Of a stretch of DNA of 64,000 nt, positions 12,700 to 26,124 are shown in pieces. A program made the position numbers and the translations under genes. How positions within the stretch are numbered: the first letter of the stretch is position 1; every line of letters starts with the position of its first letter. Origin of the DNA: Octopus sinensis. Lineage: Eukaryota. The notes beneath the pieces are model-generated. The model saw nothing but the letters and a program-made list of their open reading frames with translations. It did no database searches and was not told where the DNA came from. The stretch covers positions 74,958,001-75,022,000 of the forward strand of contig NC_042998.1 of NCBI RefSeq assembly GCF_006345805.1, written 5' to 3'.

Positions 12700-12850
12700 T
12701 CTAAACATGAAAACACAAAGAGAAAACACAACAACGCGAGTACGTGGAACAAGTATAGTGTTATTGGACGCTCAGGAAAGAAGGAAAGACGGAGGGTTTA
12801 ACGCTTCGAGCGGAGCTCTTCATCAGAAACATAGGAAACGGAAAGAGCGT
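12700..12850 (-). mobile_element. Solo PLE pseudo-LTR-like repeat
   Basis: Homologous to 9855-10056; hammerhead motif at 12796-12830. Confidence 0.65.
12796..12830 (-). ncRNA. Minimal type I hammerhead ribozyme motif
   Basis: GUUU-CUGAUGA-A-GAGC UCC GCUC-GAAG-CGU-U-AAAC: stem I GUUU/AAAC and stem II GAGC/GCUC are perfect; A15.1 is changed to G. Confidence 0.6.
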
Positions 12851-12879
12851 TCATATACAAGTGAGCCGACTGTCTCATG

Positions 12880-13800
12880 AAAGACTCCTCAACGATTGCA
12901 ACTCTTAGAACAGCTGATGAAGTATTGCTTTAAATGCTGTTCTTTCACATTGTTCAATTCAATCGTCTAGTGACGGAAGATATTTCCGAGAATATTATGC
13001 CGATTCTGGAAGCCTGGAAATAATTTGGTTCTTCGTTTAGTCCATAATGTATTACATGTAAAAGATCTATAGAGATTAAGACGGACTGATATTTTGACAT
13101 ACTGAATAACACGTAGAATATATTCATGCTTGATGATATTGTAATCATTCCTCTGAGCAGTGTGTTTTCGGTTCTCTGACGAGGGACAACTTACTTTTAT
13201 GCAGAACCTTATTTTTCCTAAGAAATGCCAACGTAACATTCAGAACGGTAGTGGTTTGCAAATATCTTCATGCTAGTGTCATTCATATTTTCAAGAACAG
13301 ATTTAAAGGTCATAGCATAGTCATTGTGTTGATGTAACATTATGTGACTCAAATTTTATTTCCCCTGAAACACCACAGGCGATGTTGTAAGAATCTTCCC
13401 TATTTTCGTTCGTTACCCATGAAATATATCTGCAGATACTTAGGATTAACAGCTGCAAATGAAATAAGTACCCTGAGCGATAATATGTATGAAATTGTAT
13501 CTGTTCTGCATAATAAACACCAATAACACCTAAGAATGAATTTGGAAGCAAGAGTTCTGCCATCTTGCTTTAGAAACGAAAACATGTGATTCTACTGCAC
13601 TTCCTTTCAACAATTGCTTAAGTAGATCTAAACCTATTGATACAATTTGTACATTTAACATATCATTTCAGAACTAGATATTTTGATCAACTTCATAATT
13701 TTTCGCTCCACAGTACTCACACATTAGAAATATTCCAACAATCAATAGATGCAAAATCTGGGCATTACTGTATTCAAATGTTTCCCTGACACCAAGTTCC
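12880..13800 (-). mobile_element. Decayed Helitron Rep N-terminal region
   Basis: Frameshifted pieces MCEYCGAK..LKQLLKGSAVESHVFVSKARWQNSCFQ, NPKYLQIYFMG and MLHQHNDYAMTFKSVLE match the order of conserved Helitron N-terminal blocks. Confidence 0.55.
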
Positions 13801-14539
13801 AGATTTTCCCGCCTTAGTTTCCATTTCTTGTCTCGACAATTTAAAGACGATTCTTTCTTTTAGTTTTACTTACTTTGTATTTAATAATCAGTTACATATA
13901 TATCCAACTAAATAACGGATGTTTAATATGTTGGTTATACAATGAATCGATTATTTGTCAAAGTCTTTTGGAAAGCAAACAACTGATTGAACACATTAAA
14001 CAAAGGATCTATTAATTAATTCGTTAGATATTTGACCGATTGACAAACCATAAAGAAGTGATATTGAATAAGTGCATATATTTATTATTATTGGTGTAAT
14101 GACCCTTCCAAGACACAACGAGATTTGTTTCAGAATACGAATTCCCAGTAAGGATCTGGCAAACCAAATACACAAAGGAAGTATTTTCTTATTTGCTTCA
14201 TAAAAAACTTTAAGCCGTTTTGGAACAAACAATTTGTTCTAAAATATACAAGAAATTGATCAACATGTAGTGCTTTAAAAATATGCAAAAACTGTTTAAA
14301 ACCTACATTAAATATTTATAATTCATAGAAATTATTAATTTAAGAATATGGTTGATGGGGAATCATACAGTATTATCGTTTAAGTTATTCATGGAAACAA
14401 CTTATTGATCTTATCTTTTATGTAGTGCGTTTAGAGAAAGCAAGCAGAAAAGAGCGATAACAGATGGACAGATTACTATATTATATACTCCAGACTTCAG
14501 CAGCCGGAACAACTCAGAGCTAAAGCTGAAAAACTAAAG

Positions 14540-16640
14540 TGTATATATACGACATTAGCGGCCAATGTTCAATAAATTATTTGCCAGGTTCAATGCGAGA
14601 TTGTTTCGATCTCTGTTAAATTCACCAACGCACAAGATCAGGAGGACGGCCATTGGAGATATGTATGAGAAACAAATGATGAGTCCATCAAACAATTGTA
14701 TGGTGAAAAGAACTGGAGCAAGTCGATTGCTAGGATATCCGGCAAAATCAGTATGAAATAGACGGCGAAATACAGGAAGTAGTTCTACAGAGAATGCTAA
14801 ACAGAAAATCCCAAGGTCCAGACCTCATATCAGGCTACTAGCTGAAGAATTTCACCTTTAATCAGCAAGATCTCATACCGTTATATGGAGAAAGTACCAA
14901 GGACACACAATAACTGCTCCGACTGTTATCAACAGCAACTACTTTCCTCGTCCCCAAGAATAGTCAAACCACCATCGCTAAATATTACCGCCCAATATCC
15001 TGCCATAACAGCATATACAAATTACACACTGAGTGCCTCAATCTGCTCTGGCAAGATCATTGTGCTACCAACATTATAACATTTGAGCAAACCGGACGAA
15101 AGAAGGAACTGTGGGGAAGCACGCCGCAGCCAAATTAGCAAAATGAAAACATAAGATACTTAGGAAAACATAAGATCGCAGTAACTTAACTATAGAATGA
15201 TTGAACTACAAGAAGGCTTTTGATAGTGTCCCACGTGGTTGGATTATCAGGACCTTACAGTTAGCCGAAGTCTCACAACCAAACGTGAGAGCTTGTTGAA
15301 CACCTGACCAAGACCTGGTACACCACTTTGCTCCTTGGAAGTGATAAGAAGCAAATTGTGTCGATTACCTAAAAGGTAGCTTCCAGAGTGATAGCCTGTC
15401 GGCGTCCCTCTTCATATTCTCATTAAATTCACGATCATATCTGCTCACAAAATGTAGTGGCCATAGAAATGGATCAATACGTGTCTCACATGTTTTCGTT
15501 GTCGACGATCTGAAAAGTTATCGGCCAACAATCGAAAAAGCATTTGAACTTCATTATCCAATTTTCTATAGACATTAGAATGCAATTGGATGAGTCCAAA
15601 TGTGCATTTTTTACAATGAAATGTGTAAAAGTTGTAACCTACGCACATAAACCTGAAAATAAACGGCTTGGCAATACAATATCTACAGTGAGGTAAAAGT
15701 TATAGGTATGTTGGCCAAGATGAAAATGTCAGATATGATGGACGCATGAATAAAGAGAGGACCAGGAATAAACACCTCAGTAAAAGTAACGAGAATATGG
15801 TCATCAGAACTCTCAGCTTACCAAATGCATATTGCCTACAGCTCCTTTGCTGTGTTTGTCTTCACATCTAGTTTGGCTTTTAAAACAGTTCACTTCAATA
15901 ACTCAATGAGATAGATGTTCGCATTTTCAAGCTGCTCAATGTACAAAAAACTTCAACATCAATGAAGATATATACAGGCTATGCTTCCCAAGGAAGGATG
16001 GTGGTTGTGGTCCCAAATCTGTGCTGACATCATATGAAGCACGCATTGTTACGCTGAAACATCTGCAGCAGAGGAAAGAGGTCAATAACTATCTTGCCCA
16101 TGTTTGTAACCAATAAAATCAATAACATAATTAGGAGAGGTATGAAATAAGCAAATCTTTTCTCAAGGAGCATTAATAAAATCTGTCAAAAAAGTATGGA
16201 CCAGTTCACAGGGAAGATATTGCATTGATACGTGGCACGAAAAATCGAACCATAGGAGAGAGTGATCATATCAAGAGCTTAGCATGGAGTACCAACAAGC
16301 TAATGAGGTCCCACTTTCAATTTCAAATCTACCTTCATACAACTCAATAGAAAAAGATCCCCACTAACTACCTACAGCATAAGAGACAGAAAACAATCTT
16401 TTCTACTCTAGGCACAAGACCCGAAAGGTCTGGGGAGGAAGCAAGACGATTAGATCGATCCCAGTTTGAAACTGGTACTTAATTTATCGACCCCGAAAGG
16501 ATGAAAGGCAAAGTTGACCTCGGCGAATTTGAACACAGAACATAATGACAGCAGAAAACAATGACAGACAACAAATGTAGGCTGTACAAGACCAAGACTG
16601 AAGACATCAACCACATTATTGCCAACTGTGAGAGAATGTC
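14540..16640 (+). mobile_element. R4/Dong-like (RLE-type) LINE, decayed RT to zinc knuckle
   Basis: KSQGPDLISGY*LK, TFLVPK..YYRPISC, NYKKAFDSVPRGWI, FQSDSLS, VDDLK, YVGQDEN, RIWSSELSAY, DNKCRLY..EDINHIIANC across frames. Confidence 0.8.
16397..16540 (-). mobile_element. SINE family B 3' fragment inserted in the R4/Dong LINE
   Basis: GACCCCGAAAGGATGAAAGGCAAAGTTGACCTCGGC block shared with 28910-29110 and 40932-41168. Confidence 0.8.
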
Positions 16641-16979
16641 TTCTAGCTATAACTTTTATCAAATTTGTTGGTGCTTATACGAAATGATAAAATGAATACT
16701 AATTTGGGAAAGAAAAGCATTTATTGATTTAAAATAAATTAAATAAAACAAATTTCTCATTTGTATATTTGCAATAAATATATGTTATTAATTTTCTAAA
16801 TTTTATCAACGTAATCGCAGTCTACTTCATCGAACAAACTATCTATGCAAAATTTCATTAAAAATGCGTATTTTCAGATGTTATAAGAGATTACTTTTTT
16901 TATATAAACTATCATTCTATCGGTCCTTTATTTTCTGTCTCTCTCTCTTTTCTTTCTCTTTCTCTTTCTCTCTCTCACA

Positions 16980-17010
<31 letters not shown>

Positions 17011-17092
17011 CCCTCTCTCTCTGTCTCATTGTACGATGTAAAGCGTAACTAACAAAATCAACCAACGAGACATTTACATCAGCAATTATTAA

Positions 17093-17129
<37 letters not shown>

Positions 17130-17183
17130 ATATATATAAATATATATATATATGTACATATATATATACACACATACACACAC

Positions 17184-17230
<47 letters not shown>

Positions 17231-17256
17231 ACCACACATATATGTGTGTGTGTTGT

Positions 17257-18182
17257 GTGTAAGTATTATTGTTTAATGTACACAGTATATAGTTATATAC
17301 TACTACTATCAGTTTCATATATTGGAGATTTTTCTAGGCAGGTTTTAATAACGGACCTTGTGCCTCCGACCAATCCTCAAACTCTGAGTATATAGCCTAT
17401 ATAAGTTACAAATCAGATCAGGACAATAGAACAAGTGAAACCACGGGGAAAATGAGAGGAAGATGGATGCAAAAGTTAGAAGGGTGAAAGAAACGGTAAA
17501 AAGAAATGAAGATTGAAGGATACTTTTAACGGTATAAGGCTATTTTACGAGAAAAGTAAATCCATTTAGGCGGTTAGCCCTGTAAGGGGCTTGAAGACCA
17601 AGTTCCCACTACATAGAATTAAGTAGGAAATCGTTAGAAAAATCCATGCCATATATTAATAGAATTATAAAATGCAAGTTTTGCGTAGGTGAAAGATCAC
17701 ATATCCATTTTAGATCCAAGAATTCCATTACGCTCCTGAATTCCTGATCAACATTTTTCAGCGAGTGCAAACATGGACAAATTTTATTTTGGCGTATTCG
17801 AGAACACCACCCTCTCAGGATTGAGTAGCTATATCGCAGACATTAGATCCATTCCATTTATTCAACACCAACTAGCTTCATAACTTCACGGCCAAAGTGT
17901 ATATTGCAATGATTCTCCCTTTTTTCTTTCTTTTTCCGTTTCTTTCCCCTTCAGCTATTTGTAGTTGCCTTCCTCTATTTTTCTCCCGTGACGTGTCTTC
18001 TATCTTGATTTGTAAGTTACTTAGGCCATGGGTATAGGCCCGAGAATTGCTCGGAGGCACGAGGCGTGTTATTAAAACATGCCTAGAAATCATGTCCAAT
18101 GTATGACTTTTTTTAGTACCTTATAACTATCTATATACTGTGCACATTAAACATATAACTATCACCGGATAGAATACTTACA
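17257..18182. mobile_element. Foldback/MITE-like element with about 250-bp diverged inverted arms
   Basis: TGTAAGTATT..GTTTAATGTACACAGTATATAG..TTTCTAGGCAGGTTTTAATAAC..GTGCCTCCGA..TTACAAATCA (17257 to about 17510) mirrors about 17920-18182. Confidence 0.7.
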
Positions 18183-18268
18183 ATTTTTGTTGATTTTACC
18201 TTAACGTAGAAGTGAACGACATATATGTATATATATATATGTGTATATATATATATATATGTGTATAT

Positions 18269-18314
<46 letters not shown>

Positions 18315-18346
18315 TATATATATATTATATATATATATATATATAT

Positions 18347-20449
18347 AAAATCTACAGAAGGTTTGTGTTATATGTTTAAAGAATATATTTAAATCGTTAT
18401 GTTAGAATTATGTTATAAAATTTTGCGTATAGTAACATAGTTTTTGGAGAAATGACCGGAAAATCCCCAAAGACGTACATACATACACCAAACCCGAGGG
18501 ACCTAAAACTACGATCCATTATAGCAGGCCCAGCCTGTGAAACACACAGACTAAGTCTATTTATGGACATCCTCCTGCAACCCTTCCTTAAACACATCAA
18601 TAGCCATATCAGAGATGACTTGGATATGTTAAGTCACCATCCCCACCCAAAAAAGTGAAGGAAGAAACAATCATGGTTTCATTTGATGTAATTAATTTAT
18701 ATACCAGTATGCCTCATAATTATGGGCTAGAGGCAATTCAGTTCTGGCGGGACCAATTTCCGGAAGAAATACCAAAAAGGATCAGTAAAGAATTCATAAC
18801 TAAATTGGTTGAATTCATGCTACGAAACAACTACTTCATATTTGACAATGCGCTTTACTGACAAAAATCTGGACTTGCTATGGGCACAAGGGCAGCCCCG
18901 GTCATTCATTGCGAACCTAACAATGGGCTAACTGGAAGTATTAATATACCAGGAATCTTTTTCTACCTTTAGAAACCCTATTTCCCAATACATAAAAGAA
19001 AATTGGAAAAGATTTCTAGACGGCTCTTTCACGTTCAGGAATGAAAACACAGATAAACTCCTGAATTTCAAAAGACTTATTGAGCAGCGTCAATCCAAAC
19101 ATACAGTTCACAATGAAGTACAACCAAAAGGAGCACCCATTCTTAGATATACTTATTAAAAAAACAGACCTAAAAATAGAAAAGGACATATTTTACAAAA
19201 CCACAGACACCAAACAATATCTACTGTTTAATTCATGCCAACCAAGACACACCTAAACAAACATCCCCTTCAACTCTGCAAGAAGGATATGCACAATAGT
19301 GTCAGGACAAAATACCAGAGACTTTAGACTGCAAGAATTCAAAAACACCCTAATTGACAGACACTATCCAGTTCAACTCATAGAGGATGGAATCAGACGT
19401 GCCACACAAATTGACATAAAAAGCTTATGAAGAGTTCAACACAGCAACACACCAACCCCGAAAATACCGCCGTACATATCCACATACAACCCCAGAAACA
19501 AAGAAGCCTTCATCATCATCACGCAAAACTTACCAATGCTACATAAGGACCCCAAAATAAAGGAAATTTTATACATACATAAAATCACTAAAAGCCACAA
19601 ACAACCGAAATCACTAAAAAAGATCCTCACAAAAGCAAAATTATTTTCTAAAATTACGGACGCAAAAGTGAAAAAATGTGGTCGACCAAGTTGCGCCACA
19701 TACCCAAACCTTCTAGAAGGATCAGAATTCCTTTTAAAAGAGGGACAAAAATTCAAAATCATATCTGACTTTACTTGTGCTTCAGAAAACCTGATTCATA
19801 TTATAAGATGCTCGGGCTGCCACCAAAACTACATAGGATCCACGGGATAATCGCTCAGAGGCAGATTCACTCTGCATCGACAGCAGATTGCATTCCCAGA
19901 ATACAGAATGATATCTTTTAGTGAACATATTGGGAAATGCGCAAAGCAAATGCTACCACAATTTATAATCTTTCCGTACTATCAATGTGTCATTGGAATA
20001 CCAACACATGTTAGATTAAACAAGGAAAACTTCTTCATTGAAAAATATAATTCAAAACGTAACCATTTCTAACATTTTTAAATTAGGAAACTCAGCGCAT
20101 TGAAAAAAAAAAAAGAAAGCAAAACCTCACCACGTGTAACATTCTATTCCTTCTAAGCCAAATCATGTTAAATTAATAAAACCTAGTCATTCTCAACATT
20201 TTTTATTATCTCCCTTATACTGAAAAAAATCTCTGATTACCTTTCCCTGTCAGGAACTCCATACTTCACAACATAGCGAAGACATGGCACGATATAGGTA
20301 AAGAAATTTAAAAAATTTGAAAAGAAAATACGAAACCGGTTATTTCTCCAAAAACTATGTTACTATACGCAAAATTTTATAACATATTTCTAATATAACG
20401 ATTTAAATATATTCTTTAACCATATAACACAAGCCTTCTGTAGAATTTT
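18347..20449 (+). mobile_element. 5'-truncated Penelope-like retroelement with inverted 5' pseudo-LTR
   Basis: RT plus GIY-YIG coding remnants; 18347-18459 is the reverse complement of 20336-20449; (TA)n flanks. Confidence 0.9.
18452..20060 (+). pseudogene. PLE reverse transcriptase plus GIY-YIG endonuclease pseudogene
   Basis: DLKLRSIIAGPACETHRLS, VSFDVINLYT, NNYFIFDN, GLAMGT..AP, WKRFLDG, PFLDILI, NIPFN, ENLIHIIRCSGCHQNYIGSTG. Confidence 0.9.
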
Positions 20450-20535
20450 CACTCTTTTTTTTGTCTTTCACACACAAACAAACACATATATATATATTTA
20501 TATGTATATATATATATTTATATATATAACATATT

Positions 20536-20599
<64 letters not shown>

Positions 20600-20703
20600 T
20601 ATATATATAATACATATATAATGAAAGGACACTTGACATCCGGTGTATTACAGTCTCCTACCTAAGCTTTAATTTCAAATTTAACTTAACTATATAAACA
20701 GTT

Positions 20704-21013
<310 letters not shown>

Positions 21014-21642
21014 GGTGTGTGTGTGTGTTCGTGTTTGTGTGTGAAATCAAAATAAGCAACAGGATATCATTACTTGATATCCTATTGCATATTTTGAATT
21101 ATTCACCTTCGAGCTGTGCGGATAATATCGCACTGAATTGGTGCTTCAACTTAAATACCTAATTCAATTTAATCTCAATTATTTCTAATATATATATAAT
21201 ACATATATAGAAATATAAATGTAGGTATGTATATAAATGTATATATACACGTAAGGATTACTAGCTATCAATCTATTTATCTATATGTATATAGATAGAT
21301 AGATGATGAAATACGTCTTCATATATTTTATAGAAAGGGTGTAAATACGCTTATAAATGTCTTCAACATATGTTTATGCATATTGATATGTTTGTGCGTG
21401 AGTGTATATAAATGTAGAGGTTGCATTCTTGCATATTTTTTATGTACAAGTAATATGTGTGTGCATAGATATGCATATCTGTGAGAACGCAGCTTCGCGT
21501 TTTAGATATAATAGTCTACAGTCGTAAAACGTGTTTACACACTTGAATGCCTTTCATATTTCTGCATAAGTTTACATACATTTACATATGCATGTGGATT
21601 ATATATATATAAATACACATATATATATATAGATATTATATA

Positions 21643-21686
<44 letters not shown>

Positions 21687-21739
21687 ATTATATAGATATA
21701 TATATATATATAATATATAATATATATATATATATATAT

Positions 21740-21793
<54 letters not shown>

Positions 21794-21927
21794 TATATAC
21801 ATATATATATACTATATTATATATATATATATCTATAATATTTATATATATATATATATATTAATATATATATATATATATAATATATTACATATATATA
21901 TATATTATATAATATATATACAACACA

Positions 21928-21971
<44 letters not shown>

Positions 21972-22499
21972 CACATATATATATATATATGAATATATAT
22001 ATGCATATACGTATACATAAATATATCAATATATGTATGTATCTATCTATGTAGTTATATATGCAAATATGTAAATTCGAGTGAATGTATACGTGTGTAT
22101 GTGTTGTACTTTTGTATAACTAACCCTAGCGCACATCCATAACTGTAAGAATGTAAATGAATATATGAATATGGATACTGTATTGGGCTTTGCAGAGTTC
22201 TTTTCTGATTGTTCTCGTATCTCGTATTGCCAAACATAATAGCATTTCCGGTTTTAGGAATCAGTCATTTTTCGAATATCCAGTGACCATTGTGTATTTT
22301 GTTTGGGGTTTTTTTTTTGTTCTTTTTTCTCTCCCTTTGCATCTGAATGTTCGATGGACTGGCTTATCTTTGTCACTCAACAACAGGAAAAAACCTTTTA
22401 TCAGGGACAAAGTATTGTGTGGTCGATATATTTGATGAACATAATTTCAAACAAACTTCAGGGCTTGATAAGCAACAGTAAATCCACAAATAGCATCAA

Positions 22500-22910
22500 T
22501 GAATGTAAAAAAAAATATTATCGAGTCTACCACTATTACTACCACAACCGAATTTCCTCCTACTATTTCCTGTAGCAAAACTATTACAACTACTACCACC
22601 GTCACTACTACAAATGCTATCACTACTACTACTATAACTAGCGGAACCACTATCATCGCTACAACTACTGAAGTTATTGCAACTACCACAACTACTAAAA
22701 CTAAAACTGAACACTATCAACGCTTCCAAAATGAACACATATATTACTAATTTGATACTACTATCGCAAATACCATTATTAAAACCACTAGGTTCTATCA
22801 CAACCAGTATAATCAGCATTTCCTGTTATATGTCTGCTACTATTCACATGTAGTTCCATTATAATCATCAAAAAGATATGATTAACACTATAAATCTACT
22901 ACTACAGCAG

Positions 22911-22964
<54 letters not shown>

Positions 22965-23130
22965 TTACTACAGACATTGCAACGGCTGATATTTTGGGAA
23001 TTACTGCTACTACACCAACATATACTATCGTTATCATACCAGCTGGAATTGTTGATATTACTAAAGATAATATCAGCTACAGTGATAATAATACCACTAC
23101 CGGTACTACACCCATTACCATGAAGAACCA
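22500..23130. repeat. Degenerate and pure (ACT)n triplet-repeat region
   Basis: ACT/ACC/ACA-rich tract with pure (CTA)n near 22911-22965; produces Thr-rich and Leu-rich ORF artefacts. Confidence 0.85.
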
Positions 23131-23331
23131 AAAATAAATACTAATCAACAAGAGCAAAAACAACAACAACAACGACAACGACAACAACAAAGCTCCTTTC
23201 GCTCTATCACATGACTTTGTAAGTGAACAATATGCTGTGTTTATTTTAATGGCCTACGATTGTATTTTGCGCGTTTTTTTGCCCTGAATGTCAGGAAGAC
23301 ACTCGACAAGAAGAGGAAACGGAATTGAAAG

Positions 23332-23379
23332 ATGATAATAATAATAATAATAACAATAACAATAACAACAACAATAGTA

Positions 23380-23455
<76 letters not shown>

Positions 23456-23464
23456 TAATAATAA
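23332..23464. repeat. (AAT)n microsatellite
   Basis: Direct reading. Confidence 0.98.
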
Positions 23465-24019
23465 ATGCCCTGATGCAGTACCAGGCAGTGGCTCTGGTGG
23501 CTTCTGATCTTGACTGATTGGAAATGTTATCATGTACATTGGTTTGTCTTGGTATAAAAGATGGGCTACAGCAAATATTCTGTTCAATACCACAGGTTTG
23601 CTTTTCAGTTGTTTGACCTTAACCAGTTGAGCATGTACCTTAGTAGCTGACGATATGCGCATTTCTGATCACGAGCAGGAGTAGTGGGGGAGTATCATTA
23701 CCGTATGTTGAAAGGAATTCTTGGAGGTGTGAATAATTCACCTCTGGAAACATGGTGTTTCGTTCAACATCCTTAAACAACCCTTATTCAGGGATCTTTT
23801 GAGAGGCATCGGTTACTCGAACAGAAGAACATTCTGACTGGTCCCCACCTGCAAGATAATGCGCTGTTTATCTTGATATAAGATCACCGCGTCGCGTACA
23901 TATGGTTGTGATGCATGTGCCTAGTGTACCCTTATCAGACAGGTAGTCATGATGGGTATACTGTGCTTTATATAGCTCACCCCAGTGTCACTTTGGTGGC
24001 ATGCACTGCTCTCTCACTC
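23465..24019. mobile_element. 555-bp non-coding interspersed repeat inserted in an (AAT)n tract
   Basis: (AAT)n on both sides; first ~240 bp recur in opposite orientation at 51328-51566; no meaningful ORF. Confidence 0.75.
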
Positions 24020-24746
24020 AATAATAATAATAATGGTGATAATATTAACAACAACAACAACAGCTATGCAAGAGTAGGGCCTTGAAACGAATTTGTTTAA
24101 GACAACAATTAATTAAATTCACCTGACAGCAAACGCTGCAGTATGTGAGCACAAACGGATATAAACCAAGCGTGACTGTGTCGTTAACGGTGTACCTGAA
24201 ATGTTAAACAATTTTGTAGAGCAAAGTAGCGGGAGAATGGTATGAACACGAACCACAGGCATTCATGGGGAGTAATAACAGGATTTATGGAACTAATTTA
24301 TAGAGATTGATCATACAGATATAATCGTAGCAACATACACTTAATGCTCTTAATATTTAATAAAAAAATTCAATAAAAAAAAATAATAATTTATCAACGT
24401 GTATGATCACAGACGAGTTTTCCTAGTAATAAGTTTTCAGTTATAATATTTTTACCTGCATGATAAATGAATTACTATAGCTAAAGAAAGAGAATAGTGA
24501 TTTTATTTATAAGATACTACTCAAAAATCTGGCTGTGAAATATTATATTTGCCACAAATACACTGAAGTGTGTCTTGAGGCAACCAGAATTTATAATATA
24601 TTAACTGTTGGATTACAAAAGCATCTGGTAAAAATAATGGAAGACTAATGCATATAGCTTCAAAACACGAAAGCAACAAATAAACAAATATAAAAGACTT
24701 ACGTAGAAATGTGAAACAGCAGAAATTGGAAAAAGCTAAAATTGAC

Positions 24747-24783
<37 letters not shown>

Positions 24784-24791
24784 ACACACGC

Positions 24792-24868
<77 letters not shown>

Positions 24869-24890
24869 TATATATATATATGTACGTATG

Positions 24891-24938
<48 letters not shown>

Positions 24939-25209
24939 TGTGTGTGTGTATATCCTGATAAATCGATTCTCTGACACTAATCAGTGTGGAAACAGAAAAT
25001 AAAAAAATTGCAACACATGTTGAATTACCTAGAACTCAAAGCTTACACCAAAGTAAGAATCTTCATTACACTACAGAATCAAAGCTTCCCTACCGAAAAA
25101 AGCATTGAACACAAGTAATTGAGTAACAGTAGGATATCTGTAGGTGGAGAAGGAAAAGTGAGCACATTGCACTGTCCTGAGAAGATATACTTGCAGAGAG
25201 AGAGAGAGA

Positions 25210-25600
25210 GAGATGGGATTTTCATACACTGGAAGTTAAAACACCGACAGAAAAATGTTGGTAGAAATATAGATCAAAATTAGTCTCAAAGTCTGACAAC
25301 TATCCAATATGTGTCAATTCACACAGACAGTATTCATGGTTAATCGTCCGGATATTCCAATCAAAGAGGACCTTCCAATCGAATTAGTAATCAGAATAGG
25401 CTGAAATATATCCTTAATAGAAAGAGAAATTATGGAAGAATGGCCTGGAAATATACGAAATAGGAACAACCCTTATAGTTTTAATTGCACTCCGAATTTA
25501 TAAAACAATACAAAGTGAAAATCTCATGACTTACAAATATGTACAAACATACTGAAAATAGCACTGCTAGGAGCTGCACACATATGACGTAGAGTACTTG
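25210..25600 (+). mobile_element. Decayed 3' end of an RLE-type LINE
   Basis: WDFHT, NRPDI and terminal ILKIALLGAAHI*RRVL motifs. Confidence 0.5.
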
Positions 25601-25899
25601 CAGCATGAAGAAAATACAAAACTAAAACAAAACATTCTGTGTATGCAAGGCCCGCAGAACTGCCCCCGATTTTGCAGTAAAAATTCGGGAATAAAAAAGA
25701 GACTACTGGATAAATAATAAGGGCACAAGGGTTGAAATTGTAGGGGAGGAAGCTATTCAATTACATCAGCCCCAGGGCTGGACTGGTATATATTTTATCG
25801 ATCCCGAAGGCAGGGATGACAAAATCAATCTCAGAACGTAATGAGTAGAGAAATACCGCTAAGTATTTTTTCCCACAATAATAATAGTTATAATAATCC

Positions 25900-26102
25900 T
25901 TTCTTCTATAGACACAAGGCCTAAAATTTGGCGGGTGGAGATTACATTGACTCAAGTACATAACTAATACTTATTTTATCAACGCCGAAAGGATGAAAAG
26001 TAAAGTCGGCCTCGGTTGAATTTGAAGTCAGAACATTAAAGACGGACGAGATACCGCCAAGCATTTCACCCGGCCTACTAGCAACTCCGCTAGCTCGCTG
26101 CC
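25900..26102 (-). mobile_element. SINE family B, full length, 22-bp TSD
   Basis: tRNA-like head near 26100; identical ATAATAATAGTTATAATAATCC at 25878-25899 and 26103-26124. Confidence 0.85.
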
Positions 26103-26124
26103 ATAATAATAGTTATAATAATCC

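Noticed and set aside
22499-22750. Thr-rich mucin-like ORF
   Set aside because: Degenerate (ACT)n tract continuous with pure repeats; no splice signals or domain.
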